A stretch of 40,914 bases of DNA from Candidatus Melainabacteria bacterium (GTDB taxonomy: Bacteria; Cyanobacteriota; Vampirovibrionia; Obscuribacterales; Obscuribacteraceae): assembly GCA_003175915.1 (NCBI GenBank), contig PSRH01000195.1:1-40914 (forward strand), given 5' to 3'. A program made the position numbers and the translations under genes. Positions within the stretch are counted from its first letter, which is position 1, and every line of letters begins with the position of its first letter. The notes under the pieces were generated by a model. The model was given only the letters and a program-made list of their open reading frames with translations, did not search any database and was not told the DNA's origin. This document shows positions 16,372 through 25,475 of the stretch, piece after piece.

Positions 16372-18702
16372 ATGGCGGCACGGGTTATGAAAGTTCGCAA
16401 AAAGCAAGGGCAACTGGCCTTTTACGCTGCGGCGCTAATTTCACTGATAGTCCTCATCCTCGGACTTTTTGCTTACGAGGTGTCCGAATATTGCCTGGCT
16501 CGTGGACAACTGCAGACGGCCGTCGAAGCATCCGCCCTGGCTTGCGAAACGACGCTTGCTTCCTCGGGCACGCCCAATAGCCAGAATAGCTTGAGCAATG
16601 CCTATCTTGCTGCCGCCCACATATTCCAACTGAATTCAATTCTGGGCAACTCGCTGGCTGGAGCCTCCCTCTCAAGCTGTGGCGACCCTCCACCTACGGC
16701 TGCTGGTGAAGCTGCTATTTCTTTCCAACTCTTAGATCCAATCACCTATCAACCTGATCCAAATCCGCTAGCTGGAGCAGCAGGCGGTGCGGTTATCCAG
16801 GCGACCGGCAAATATGCTTATATGCCGAGCTTCAGCAGATTCGTTGGTGTGACGATTCAACCAATCCGCCTTGAGGCCTCCATCTTGTCCGGAGTGCGGC
16901 CACTGGATCTGGTTGTCGCCATGGACGTCTCGGGCGGCATGGACGATGCCACACCTGTCACCCTGGTACACCGCTATTGGGACTTCGATAACAATTATTC
17001 GCCACATCATGTCGTTTATATGATTCCTGATGCTCACGGTGATCCCAATCAGCCGGCAGAGGGTTATTTAGGTGATTTGTTCTGTTATCAGGCGCCCAAC
17101 GTCAATGGTCTCTGGCCGCAGGGACTGCAGAATGGCGCACTACCTACGCTTCCTAATTGCCAACAAAAATTCAGCGAAATTCCCAACACTGCCACCTGTA
17201 AGCTGAGAAGCAATGGCACAACGGACGCCGGCAACCCTCCAGGCAACTACGTCGCCGCTTATGCCGGAGACAATGGACCATCAGGAGGAGGTCAACAAAA
17301 CGGCGGCAACGTGAATGCTGACGTAAACGCCATTGCTACTTGCGTGCAGGCCGTCGATAACGCCAGCGCCGGAACAACTGGCTTCGGATGGGGCGGTCCT
17401 ATTCCTGACTCTGTCGGTGGTTTCGTTCCACCAGATCCGCGCAATCAACCGATGATCAATCTTACCCAGGCCATCTATCAAGGAGAGCTGCACGGCATAA
17501 CCGGGCAACAAATCATTCAAGCATTCAATGCCGGCAATGCAGCCGCGGCTCCCGTAGCCAGCATGTACATTCAAATGACCAGCCCGAACTCGGCTAGCAT
17601 GGAGTGCTTAGTGCCGGCCGGCCCACCTTTCGTGCAAAATTCCATATCCGGCTTCCCGTCGAGCTACATTCGCTATGGCATGGAGTTTGCCTCAGGATCA
17701 ACTGCCTCTGATCCAAATGAGGTGTTGTCCCCGACCGGAACCCAGGGACCAAGCACCGGTAATGTTCCTACCGTTAGCTGGGGTCCGACATTTAGCAATA
17801 CCTTTACCGATATCGTCGTCAATCTAGACGGCAAAACCAAGTTCGATTCATATACGTCGGGTGTCTACAATTTCCCGTGTGTCGGCGCTCTCGTCGAAGG
17901 ATCAAGAGGCACTCTGGACGATCCGAATTTAGCAACAGGCAGCGGCCTGGACCTAGGCGCGCTGGGCGGTATCACGCCGCAAGCCGGCTATCAGGCTGCC
18001 TACCAACAAGCAGCACTTCTGCAAATTCAGCCCTTGCGAGCGATTGTCACCACCCTTCCTAACTTCTTAAATCTGGCGACCAAGGTTGGTGATACAAATC
18101 TCGGCTTCTCCTCATTTAACGATACTGCCGGTACCGCTCCCACGCAGACTTTCCATGATGCAAACATTTCGCCCATCTACCCGGCTGGCGGTTCAAACAA
18201 CTATCCCCTACCGGGAATTCAATTGGGAGCGAACAATATCAACGCAATCACCGGTGCTTTGCCGGGCTTGCGAGTGGGCGGCAACCGAAACGTTGCTAAG
18301 GCGATTCAAACAGCACGGCAACAGCTGACAAGCAGGGGCCGACAGAATTCGCAAAAAGCGATATTGCTTATCGTCGATGGTGCTCCGGAGGAAAACCTCA
18401 ACGGCGCTGTAGATCCAACGACCGCACTTGCCGACGCCCGCGCTCAGGCGGTACTGGCCAAGCAAGACAGCATTGCCATCTTCTGCGTGGCGGTGACATC
18501 CGATGCCACCACCCAAAGTGCTGAGGCAGCAATCTATAATGATACCAATAACAACCCAACCAGCGGCGGCCTGTCAGCGATAGCCGGCCGCGGTGGGCGT
18601 TTCTACCAGGTTCAATACAGCGGTGCCAGTGGCGCCCAGACCAACCTGACGAACGCCTTTGGCAATGTCCTTAGGCAACTTGTCAGTCTGATGCGAAAGT
18701 AG
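16372..18702 (+). CDS. TadG-like pilus-associated protein with split von Willebrand A domain
   Basis: The N-terminus GQLAFYAAALISLIVLILGLFAYEVSEYCLARGQLQTAVEASALA is the TadE/G-like membrane anchor motif. vWA strand 1 LDLVVAMDVSGGMDD sits at nt 16906-16950; vWA strand 4 KAILLIVDGAPEE starts at nt 18355. The region between is G/P/N/A/T-rich. Confidence 0.7.
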   Translation: MAARVMKVRKKQGQLAFYAAALISLIVLILGLFAYEVSEYCLARGQLQTAVEASALACETTLASSGTPNSQNSLSNAYLAAAHIFQLNSILGNSLAGASLSSCGDPPPTAAGEAAISFQLLDPITYQPDPNPLAGAAGGAVIQATGKYAYMPSFSRFVGVTIQPIRLEASILSGVRPLDLVVAMDVSGGMDDATPVTLVHRYWDFDNNYSPHHVVYMIPDAHGDPNQPAEGYLGDLFCYQAPNVNGLWPQGLQNGALPTLPNCQQKFSEIPNTATCKLRSNGTTDAGNPPGNYVAAYAGDNGPSGGGQQNGGNVNADVNAIATCVQAVDNASAGTTGFGWGGPIPDSVGGFVPPDPRNQPMINLTQAIYQGELHGITGQQIIQAFNAGNAAAAPVASMYIQMTSPNSASMECLVPAGPPFVQNSISGFPSSYIRYGMEFASGSTASDPNEVLSPTGTQGPSTGNVPTVSWGPTFSNTFTDIVVNLDGKTKFDSYTSGVYNFPCVGALVEGSRGTLDDPNLATGSGLDLGALGGITPQAGYQAAYQQAALLQIQPLRAIVTTLPNFLNLATKVGDTNLGFSSFNDTAGTAPTQTFHDANISPIYPAGGSNNYPLPGIQLGANNINAITGALPGLRVGGNRNVAKAIQTARQQLTSRGRQNSQKAILLIVDGAPEENLNGAVDPTTALADARAQAVLAKQDSIAIFCVAVTSDATTQSAEAAIYNDTNNNPTSGGLSAIAGRGGRFYQVQYSGASGAQTNLTNAFGNVLRQLVSLMRK

Positions 18703-19006
18703 AAAGTGCGCTTCCTCTGCTACAAGCTAGCGTTGGAGCTGGCTCTGGCAAATTCATTTAGTTTTACCTGTTCTTTCCGCCAAACCGGTTTATCATCAAC
18801 AATCAAAGATCTTAAGCCAAAGGCATCGTGTTCAGATAATTGAACTCTTTGGTTTCTTGATGCGTCATGGAATATAGCCAGTCGAGGTAGGTAAGGACGG
18901 CATTAAGCTGTCTAATAAATCTGTATCCGTTTGCCGACAGGCAAGGGTGATCAGTTGCCGCGCATTTGCCTCGAAAATAGAGGGAGCCGTCGGATTCCAA
19001 TTAGAT

Positions 19007-20371
19007 ATGACTATTGAAACAGAAATACAAGATTCAAGCCTGGATAGATTGCCGCCGCAGTCGCTGGACTCAGAACAGGCAGTGATTGGCGGACTGCTGG
19101 TCAGTGGGGACGCCATCACCCGCGTCATCGATCTATTGGAACCGGAGCATTTCTATAGAAAAGCGCATACGGTTATATACGCTGCCATGCTCGACCTATT
19201 CGACAAGAATGAGCCGATCGATATAGTAACAGTATCCCAGTACCTCAAAGACGAGGGCAAACTGGAAAATATCGGCGGCCGTCAATACATAACCGATCTT
19301 TCCCTTTCGGTAGCCACCACGGCGAATCTTGAATACTACGCCCGCATTGTTCAAGAGAAGGCTCTTCTCCGCAGTTTAATCAAGGCCGGCACCGAGATTG
19401 TCAGTACTTCCTATGAAGAACCTGATGCTGACGCTGCTATAGACCGCGCTGAGCATCTAATTTTTAATCTGGCTCAGCGGCGCAGCATGCAGCAATTGAT
19501 TCACATAAAGAATATCGTTGAGGCATCTTTTCAGCGCATCGAACAAAGATACGAGAACCGCGATTCGCTTTCAGGTGTGCCCAGCGGGTTTTATGATCTG
19601 GATGCACTTACTTCAGGGTTCCAACAGTCGGATTTGATCATCGTTGCAGCACGCCCATCAATGGGAAAAACTGCCCTGTGTTTGACCGTGGCGCAACACG
19701 TCGCTATCGATCAAAAAATTCCGGTGGCCATATTCAGTCTGGAAATGTCGAAAGAACAGCTGGTTCAAAGAATGCTTTGTTCCGAAGCATCGATCGATGC
19801 AAATCGTCTTAGGACAGGACATCTGCATACTAACGACTGGACGCATCTGGCTATGGCAATGGGTCGGCTTGGTGAAGCGCCAATCTTCATTGATGATTCG
19901 GCTTTGCTCAATGTTTTGGAAATACGGGCAAAGGCCAGGCGATTGAAAGCAGAAATGAAGGGACTGGGACTGATCATTGTCGACTATATTCAGTTGCTGC
20001 AGGGACGAAAACAAACGGATAATCGTGTCCAGGAAGTCTCAGAAATTTCCCGAAGTCTTAAGACACTGGCGCGTGAAATCGATGTGCCGGTGATTGCTCT
20101 TTCTCAGTTATCTCGCGCCGTAGAAGCTCGTCAAAACAAGCGCCCGATGTTGTCGGACCTGAGAGAATCTGGGAGCATTGAACAAGACGCCGATATCGTC
20201 ATGTTTATTTATCGCGACGATTATTACAATCCGGAGAGTGAGCGTCGTGGCGAAGCTGAAATCATCATCGCTAAACAGCGTAATGGTCCAACCGGCACGG
20301 TCGATCTCTTGTATCAGTCGAGCATCACGCGCTTCTTGAACAAGGTACACAACCAATACAACAGCGTTTGA
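19007..20371 (+). CDS. dnaB: Replicative DNA helicase
   Basis: PPQSLDSEQAVIGGLL, Walker A ARPSMGKTAL, Walker B LIIVDYIQL, ALSQLSR and ESGSIEQDAD. ATG 19007 gives a canonical N-terminus. Confidence 0.95.
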   Translation: MTIETEIQDSSLDRLPPQSLDSEQAVIGGLLVSGDAITRVIDLLEPEHFYRKAHTVIYAAMLDLFDKNEPIDIVTVSQYLKDEGKLENIGGRQYITDLSLSVATTANLEYYARIVQEKALLRSLIKAGTEIVSTSYEEPDADAAIDRAEHLIFNLAQRRSMQQLIHIKNIVEASFQRIEQRYENRDSLSGVPSGFYDLDALTSGFQQSDLIIVAARPSMGKTALCLTVAQHVAIDQKIPVAIFSLEMSKEQLVQRMLCSEASIDANRLRTGHLHTNDWTHLAMAMGRLGEAPIFIDDSALLNVLEIRAKARRLKAEMKGLGLIIVDYIQLLQGRKQTDNRVQEVSEISRSLKTLAREIDVPVIALSQLSRAVEARQNKRPMLSDLRESGSIEQDADIVMFIYRDDYYNPESERRGEAEIIIAKQRNGPTGTVDLLYQSSITRFLNKVHNQYNSV

Positions 20372-20383
20372 GAATGTTTTGGG

Positions 20384-21832
20384 CTATTCACTGAAAATCG
20401 GCACAAGCAAGAATTCATCGCTTGGGTAACCGATCACCGGCTGTTTTTCAAAAGCCAGAGCGGTGGTATCAAGCAATCCGATTGCTTCTGTAACTTCACT
20501 TGAAACAAGGATCTCATGCTTGTTCGGCAAAAGCGCCAGGGCTCCGGGAAAGTCAACGTCCAACGGTAATTTGATATCTTGCAACCTCTTGTGCTCGGCC
20601 AAGTCAAACACGCTTATAGTATTGTCTTTAGCGTTAGCGACAAACAAACGTTCGCCGGTCTCGTCAAGAGTTAGGCCAGTCGGCGCAGCACCTGTTTTCA
20701 GGGTTTGTACCACCTGATGCTTGATCAGGTCCACGACCGAGACAGTATTGGAAACACGATTGGACACGTAGGCACGCTCGCTGTTTGGACTAATGGCAAT
20801 GGCGTTTGGTAACGCACCCACGGCAACCGTCGCCAGCACCTTCTGATTTTGAGTCGAAATAATGGTAATTTTCCCTGCCGGCGCATTTAAAACAACCACG
20901 GCACTGCCGTTAGGAGTGACAGCCAGGCGCGCCGGTCCGGTGAGAACTTTAGTGTGAACCAGAAGTCTGCTGTTTTCAGCCTCGATTACCGCCACACTGC
21001 TGGTCGCACTTTCGGAAACATAGATCAGCTTGCCGTCAGGCAAAGCAGCTACGCCCTTGGGAGCACTGTGGGGAGGTAAGTTGATTTGCCCGATGAACTC
21101 GCGGCTGGTGGGATCAAGCTTAAGAACTCGATGTTTCGACTGATCCGTAATGTAGAGCACGCCATCCGCGTAAGCCAGTCCGGCCGGTGTTCCTTCCGTA
21201 GGAAATTCGGCGATCTTGGCAAAAGTGTTTTCATCCAGCAAGGAAACTTTGCCGGCCTTGGGTGAGCTAACAAAAATGCCAACGTGTACCGGTCCGTTAT
21301 GGCGGGGTTTTCGAGGTTGCGAAACTGAGCTTGGTGAATCCGTTTGAGGCACATCTGAAAAGGTAACCGGGTGTTGTCCCACGGCCGGCTTCAGTATCGT
21401 CGGTAGAACAAAATCCTCCGGAACGATCAAATCAGGAGCAAACTTGCATTCCAGCAAGGACTTTCTTAAGGTATCGGGCAAATCGGCCGGCACCACCAGG
21501 GTTTGTTTGGAAGCACGCTTGAGGACTTTCAAGTAGAACCAACCATTGCTGAAGCTGAGAAGATCCGGTTGCGAGGAATCAGGATAGACACCCCTGAGGG
21601 GCGTCTCCGGGTGTTTGATCGGCTGAGCGGTGCCGGCCATAAGGGGGATATAGAGGTCTCCTGCTTTCGTTTCGAGCGCACCATCTAAACGGATTTTGGA
21701 CTCAGGAAACATTTTCGTCAGAGCTTCTCTCAAGTCGCTCGGCAGTTTGGTGGCACCAGCCGGTGGCAGGGCCAGAGCGAACCCTAAAAAAAAGCAGGCG
21801 GCAAGCGACAGAAAGCGCTCTAATCCGCGCAT
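20384..21832 (-). CDS. Secreted YVTN-type beta-propeller repeat protein with uncharacterised N-terminal domain
   Basis: Signal peptide MRGLERFLSLAACFFLGFALALPPAGA from ATG 21832, 16 nt after the dnaJ stop. The C-terminal half has about 40-residue repeats: GLAYADGVLYITDQSKHRVLKLD, PNGSAVVVLNAPAGKITIIS, PNSERAYVSNRVSNTVSVVDL, ETGERLFVANAKDNTISVFDL. Confidence 0.8.
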   Translation of the reverse strand: MRGLERFLSLAACFFLGFALALPPAGATKLPSDLREALTKMFPESKIRLDGALETKAGDLYIPLMAGTAQPIKHPETPLRGVYPDSSQPDLLSFSNGWFYLKVLKRASKQTLVVPADLPDTLRKSLLECKFAPDLIVPEDFVLPTILKPAVGQHPVTFSDVPQTDSPSSVSQPRKPRHNGPVHVGIFVSSPKAGKVSLLDENTFAKIAEFPTEGTPAGLAYADGVLYITDQSKHRVLKLDPTSREFIGQINLPPHSAPKGVAALPDGKLIYVSESATSSVAVIEAENSRLLVHTKVLTGPARLAVTPNGSAVVVLNAPAGKITIISTQNQKVLATVAVGALPNAIAISPNSERAYVSNRVSNTVSVVDLIKHQVVQTLKTGAAPTGLTLDETGERLFVANAKDNTISVFDLAEHKRLQDIKLPLDVDFPGALALLPNKHEILVSSEVTEAIGLLDTTALAFEKQPVIGYPSDEFLLVPIFSE

Positions 21833-21848
21833 CCATTGAGGGCGCCAA

Positions 21849-23141
21849 CTACTTATCTTCGTGCTCGCCATTCTTCGGTCTGAATACCTCGACGATTCTT
21901 TCAAAAAGGGATGGATCTTCCTTGGTTTGTGATTCGTCTTGCTGTTTATCCAGATCGTCTCCATTCTTCGACGGCTTGTCGTCAGGCTTGCCAGAAGCAA
22001 TCGGCTTATCTTGGGCAGAGGCTGGAGATCCGGCTTCAGGAGCTGATTTATCGGGAGCCACGTTTAAAGACTCCGAGCGTAACTGGGCAAGCTTCTCCAG
22101 AAGTTTGCGCTCTTCACTGCTCAGTTTAGTCGGAGTCGTAACCGTCAAATGAACGAGTTGATCACCACGCCGCGCCGGGTTGCCTAAGCGAGGTACGCCC
22201 AGACCCTTCATCACAATCATTGTGCCGGTCTGGGTTCCAGGAGCAATTTTCAGAAGCTTTTCACCCTCTACAGTTGGCACTATTATCTCGCCGCCCAACG
22301 CGGCCATGGAAAAACTGATCGGCTGATTGTAATGAATGGTGTCTCCATCCCGGACGAATTTTTCGTGTTCTTTAACGTGAATGATGATGAACAGGTCGCC
22401 ATACGGACCGCCGCGCCTGCCCTTATCACCGGCCGAACTAAGCCTTATCCGCGAACCGGATTCAACTCCTGCCGGTACACTAAAATCGAAGTCGCGCGCC
22501 TTTTTCAACAACCCCTCTCCGCGACAATCGCGGCATGGTTTTTCGATCTTGCGACCATTGCCCTGGCAGGTTGGGCATTCCATCACTCTAATACTTTGCC
22601 CGAACCAGCTGTTAACTACCTGCTGCACTTGCCCTATACCGGCACAACTGGCACAAGTAGTGATATTGCTACCTTGAGCGGCGCCGGTGCCATCGCAGGT
22701 GGTGCACTCCTCCATGCGCTTGATCGAGACTTTTTTGTCTACCCCGAAGACCGCATCGAGAAATTCGATTTGTAAATCATATTTGAGGTGGGCACCCGGT
22801 TCTGGCCCGCCGCGCCTGCCTCCCGAACGCAGTCCTCCGCCGAAAAACACCTCGATAATGTCATCTATGCCGAAACCAGCAAATGAACTGAAGTCGATGT
22901 CGTCAAAGCTGCGCGTGTTCCCTTTCACGCCTTCATGACCGTATCGATCATAGAGAGCGCGCTTTTGGCTATCGAAAAGCACATCGTAGGCTTCGCTAAG
23001 CTCCTTGAATGCCGCTTCATCGCCGCTGCCTTTTACATCAGGATGAAGCTGTCTGGCACGGCTGCGATAAGCCTTCTTTATCTCTTCAGGAGAGGCTTTT
23101 CTGGAGACACCTAAGACCTCGTAATAATCTCGTTTGGCCAT
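21849..23141 (-). CDS. dnaJ: Chaperone DnaJ with about 80-aa acidic C-terminal extension
   Basis: J-domain DYYEVLGV...HPD. Four zinc-finger repeats: CTTCDGTG, CASCAGIG, CPTCQGNG, CRDCRGEG. Start is ATG 23141 (MAKRDYY). Confidence 0.95.
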   Translation of the reverse strand: MAKRDYYEVLGVSRKASPEEIKKAYRSRARQLHPDVKGSGDEAAFKELSEAYDVLFDSQKRALYDRYGHEGVKGNTRSFDDIDFSSFAGFGIDDIIEVFFGGGLRSGGRRGGPEPGAHLKYDLQIEFLDAVFGVDKKVSIKRMEECTTCDGTGAAQGSNITTCASCAGIGQVQQVVNSWFGQSIRVMECPTCQGNGRKIEKPCRDCRGEGLLKKARDFDFSVPAGVESGSRIRLSSAGDKGRRGGPYGDLFIIIHVKEHEKFVRDGDTIHYNQPISFSMAALGGEIIVPTVEGEKLLKIAPGTQTGTMIVMKGLGVPRLGNPARRGDQLVHLTVTTPTKLSSEERKLLEKLAQLRSESLNVAPDKSAPEAGSPASAQDKPIASGKPDDKPSKNGDDLDKQQDESQTKEDPSLFERIVEVFRPKNGEHEDK

Positions 23142-23192
23142 CGTCGACAACGGGATACCTACGCCTCCCCTACGTGCATAATCAATTTTCTG

Positions 23193-24380
23193 CTATTCAT
23201 CCGAGGACTGCCTGTCAGCATAAGCCTTCATTTCCGCCAATTCAACAGAATTTTCGGAAGCTTTCTTTTCTTCGTCGGTGGCCTGGGGCTTATCGGCAGA
23301 CTTGCTAGCTGAACGCTTGTGCTCCCCCGATTTCCTTGTTGACGCGTGCTTTTCCTTTTCGTCTTCTACGTCTTGATGGGTTCTTACTCTTAAATCGTTG
23401 GCATTGGTTCCGACCGTAGCATCGAAAGCAGGCAACTCCGCAGTGGCGCTGGCCAGATCATCAAACTTGCTAGATTCTTTCTCCTCTTGGGAGGTTTCCC
23501 TGGTTTCTATTTCTAGCGGAGCTACCTCCTCCTTTTGGACAGCAGGCGCGGCCTCTTCTTGGCGCTCCGCTATTTCAGCTGGCCCAGCCGCTTCGTCCGC
23601 TTCTTTGTGCTCCGCCTTGCTACTTGCTTTGGTGGCGACGTTTACCAACGAGGGTCGAATCACCTTATCGCGCATAAGATAGCCCCGGCGCAGATCGTGA
23701 ACAATAGCGCCTTCCGGCTGTTCGTTCGTCTCGATTTGTTGGACAGGCTCGTGGAATTTCGGGTCAAAGGGCTGACCAATAACGTCCATCGCCTTGACGC
23801 CCATCTGCTCAAGACATTTTGTGAATCTGTTGTAAATTAACTTCAAACTCTCCAGAATATTGCGCGCTTCCGATTCAGGGGTAAAGCTTCCCTGGGCACG
23901 GTCGAGGTCGTCCACGGCCGGCAAAATACTCTCCACCGCTCGTTGAGCACCCAATCCCAGCAACTCTTCGCGCTCACGTTCGGTTCTCTTGCGAAAATTG
24001 TCGAAATCCGCAGCCATCCTCTTGTAAAGGTTTTCTACTTCATTCGCCTTGGCCTCAATCTGAGACATCTGTTGCTGCATGCTCTGGCAATTGCTGCAAC
24101 CCCGGGCACCAACACCTTCAGGGCCTAGCGGGCCGCCACCTATGCCAAAATCATCGGGGGCCACGTCTTCTCCAGCGTACATGGCCCGATAGAAAGCCTT
24201 GGCGGCGTTCATTCGAGAGTTGCGTTCTCCGCCTTGCGACTCGGCAGCGGCTCCAGCAGGTGCTGCTACCCGTTCCTGACCGCCGCCAAGGGAATCCTCC
24301 GTTTCGTTATCCGACCTTGCCTCGGATGATTCCTCGGTTTGATCCTCTTTGTTTAAGCGATCTTCTGCTTCCTCTGCCAT
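23193..24380 (-). CDS. grpE: Nucleotide exchange factor GrpE with long acidic N- and C-terminal extensions
   Basis: GrpE core YKRMAADFDNFRKRTERERE ... GQPFDPKFHEPV ... LRRGYLMRDKVIRPSLVNV spans about residues 100-250 of 395. SD GGGGGAAGGGG lies upstream of ATG 24380. Confidence 0.85.
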   Translation of the reverse strand: MAEEAEDRLNKEDQTEESSEARSDNETEDSLGGGQERVAAPAGAAAESQGGERNSRMNAAKAFYRAMYAGEDVAPDDFGIGGGPLGPEGVGARGCSNCQSMQQQMSQIEAKANEVENLYKRMAADFDNFRKRTEREREELLGLGAQRAVESILPAVDDLDRAQGSFTPESEARNILESLKLIYNRFTKCLEQMGVKAMDVIGQPFDPKFHEPVQQIETNEQPEGAIVHDLRRGYLMRDKVIRPSLVNVATKASSKAEHKEADEAAGPAEIAERQEEAAPAVQKEEVAPLEIETRETSQEEKESSKFDDLASATAELPAFDATVGTNANDLRVRTHQDVEDEKEKHASTRKSGEHKRSASKSADKPQATDEEKKASENSVELAEMKAYADRQSSDE

Positions 24381-24634
24381 TAACCCCTTCCCCCAAACTC
24401 ATCTTGACATGAAAAGTGCTGTCCCGGTGAGTAGTAAGTTTGCTCGCCCAGGTCTTAATCGTACTAAGAACCTAAGAGCTACTTTAGCCCAAGCAACAAT
24501 GGGCCGCCCTTATAATTCTATGGCACGTTCAGCTTAATTTAGTCAGTTTAGTCTTTTAACAATACTTCTTGGGCTGCCCGGCTCGTTTAAGGCTTGCCAA
24601 TCAAGCCCAACTTTGATAAGCGCCTTCGCCACCG

Positions 24635-25474
24635 TCACTGAAACAGTCCGGTATTAGGCAAGATTTGCTTGAAGAAAAGGATCAACGAAGGTCCCAGAAC
24701 GACAAGCAAAAGCGCCGGCATGATGCAAAACCAGAGGGGGAAAGCCATGTAGATTGGCAATTTCGCCGCTCTTTCCTCCACCTTTTGAGCCAATTTGGCG
24801 CGCAACCATTCGCTTTGCCCGCGCAAAACCTTGGTTATCGCCAGACCAAGCTTGCCTGACTGGTTAAGCGAGGACCCCAAAGTTTTTAATTCATCGACGC
24901 CGGTGCGTTTATAGAGCTCCAGATAGGCGCGCTCTCGCTCCATTCCGAACAGCATGTCCCGGCACAAATGGATGAGCTCCTCGTTTAAGGCCCCGCCAAG
25001 TACGGTGTTTTCAGCTGCCACTCGCTGTACTGTTGCATCCAAAGATAGTCCGGCATCAACGCAGAGAACCATTAAATCAACCGCCTGGGGAAGAGCTTCG
25101 CGAATGGCTCGTTGCCTGCTTCTCACCATGAGAAGTAAAAGCGCGTCGGCGACAAAGAAGACGAGCACAGCCAAAAACAGCGAAAGCGGTATGGTGACAA
25201 AGACAGCAGCAACCAGGAAAACCAGGCAAGCGCTGTAGAGCTTGATCGAGGAAAGGCTTTGGAAAGCGTGATTGCTACCGCGTCCGGACCAAGTGAGTAA
25301 CTCTGTCAGCCAATCTACATAACGGCGGGGACAGGCATATAAAACCGTGGTGGCCGGCCGGCTAAACCAGTCGGGAAGATAGAATTCGCCTTCCTGCCGG
25401 TAGCGAAAAAGCAATAAGCCCAATACTCCAGCCAGCAAAAATTCAGGATAATTTGAGAAAAGATTGATCGGCAT
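24635..25474 (-). CDS. tadC: Tad pilus inner-membrane platform protein TadC (T2SS-F family)
   Basis: Polytopic membrane protein with a central cytoplasmic helical domain (ALPQAVDLMVLCVDAGLSLDATVQRVA). Its start lies 1 nt after the tadB stop. Confidence 0.8.
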   Translation of the reverse strand: MPINLFSNYPEFLLAGVLGLLLFRYRQEGEFYLPDWFSRPATTVLYACPRRYVDWLTELLTWSGRGSNHAFQSLSSIKLYSACLVFLVAAVFVTIPLSLFLAVLVFFVADALLLLMVRSRQRAIREALPQAVDLMVLCVDAGLSLDATVQRVAAENTVLGGALNEELIHLCRDMLFGMERERAYLELYKRTGVDELKTLGSSLNQSGKLGLAITKVLRGQSEWLRAKLAQKVEERAAKLPIYMAFPLWFCIMPALLLVVLGPSLILFFKQILPNTGLFQ

Positions 25475-25475
25475 C

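Noticed and set aside
21833-22000. Extended 5' region of the beta-propeller ORF (ORF-track start 22000)
   Set aside because: It overlaps the dnaJ 3' end by about 150 nt. ATG 21832 gives a textbook signal peptide and starts 16 nt after the dnaJ stop.
24591-24607. Hairpin GGCTTG-ccaat-CAAGCC after tadC as a terminator
   Set aside because: The stem is only 6 bp and essentially no U-tract follows on the minus strand. This is too weak to call.
24381-24634. Heat-shock operators (CIRCE TTAGCACTC-N9-GAGTGCTAA, HAIR CTTGAGT-N7-ACTCAAG) or a sigma32 promoter upstream of grpE
   Set aside because: Only a partial half-site-like string (GAGTAGTAA) is present, with no properly spaced partner. No convincing match was found on either strand.
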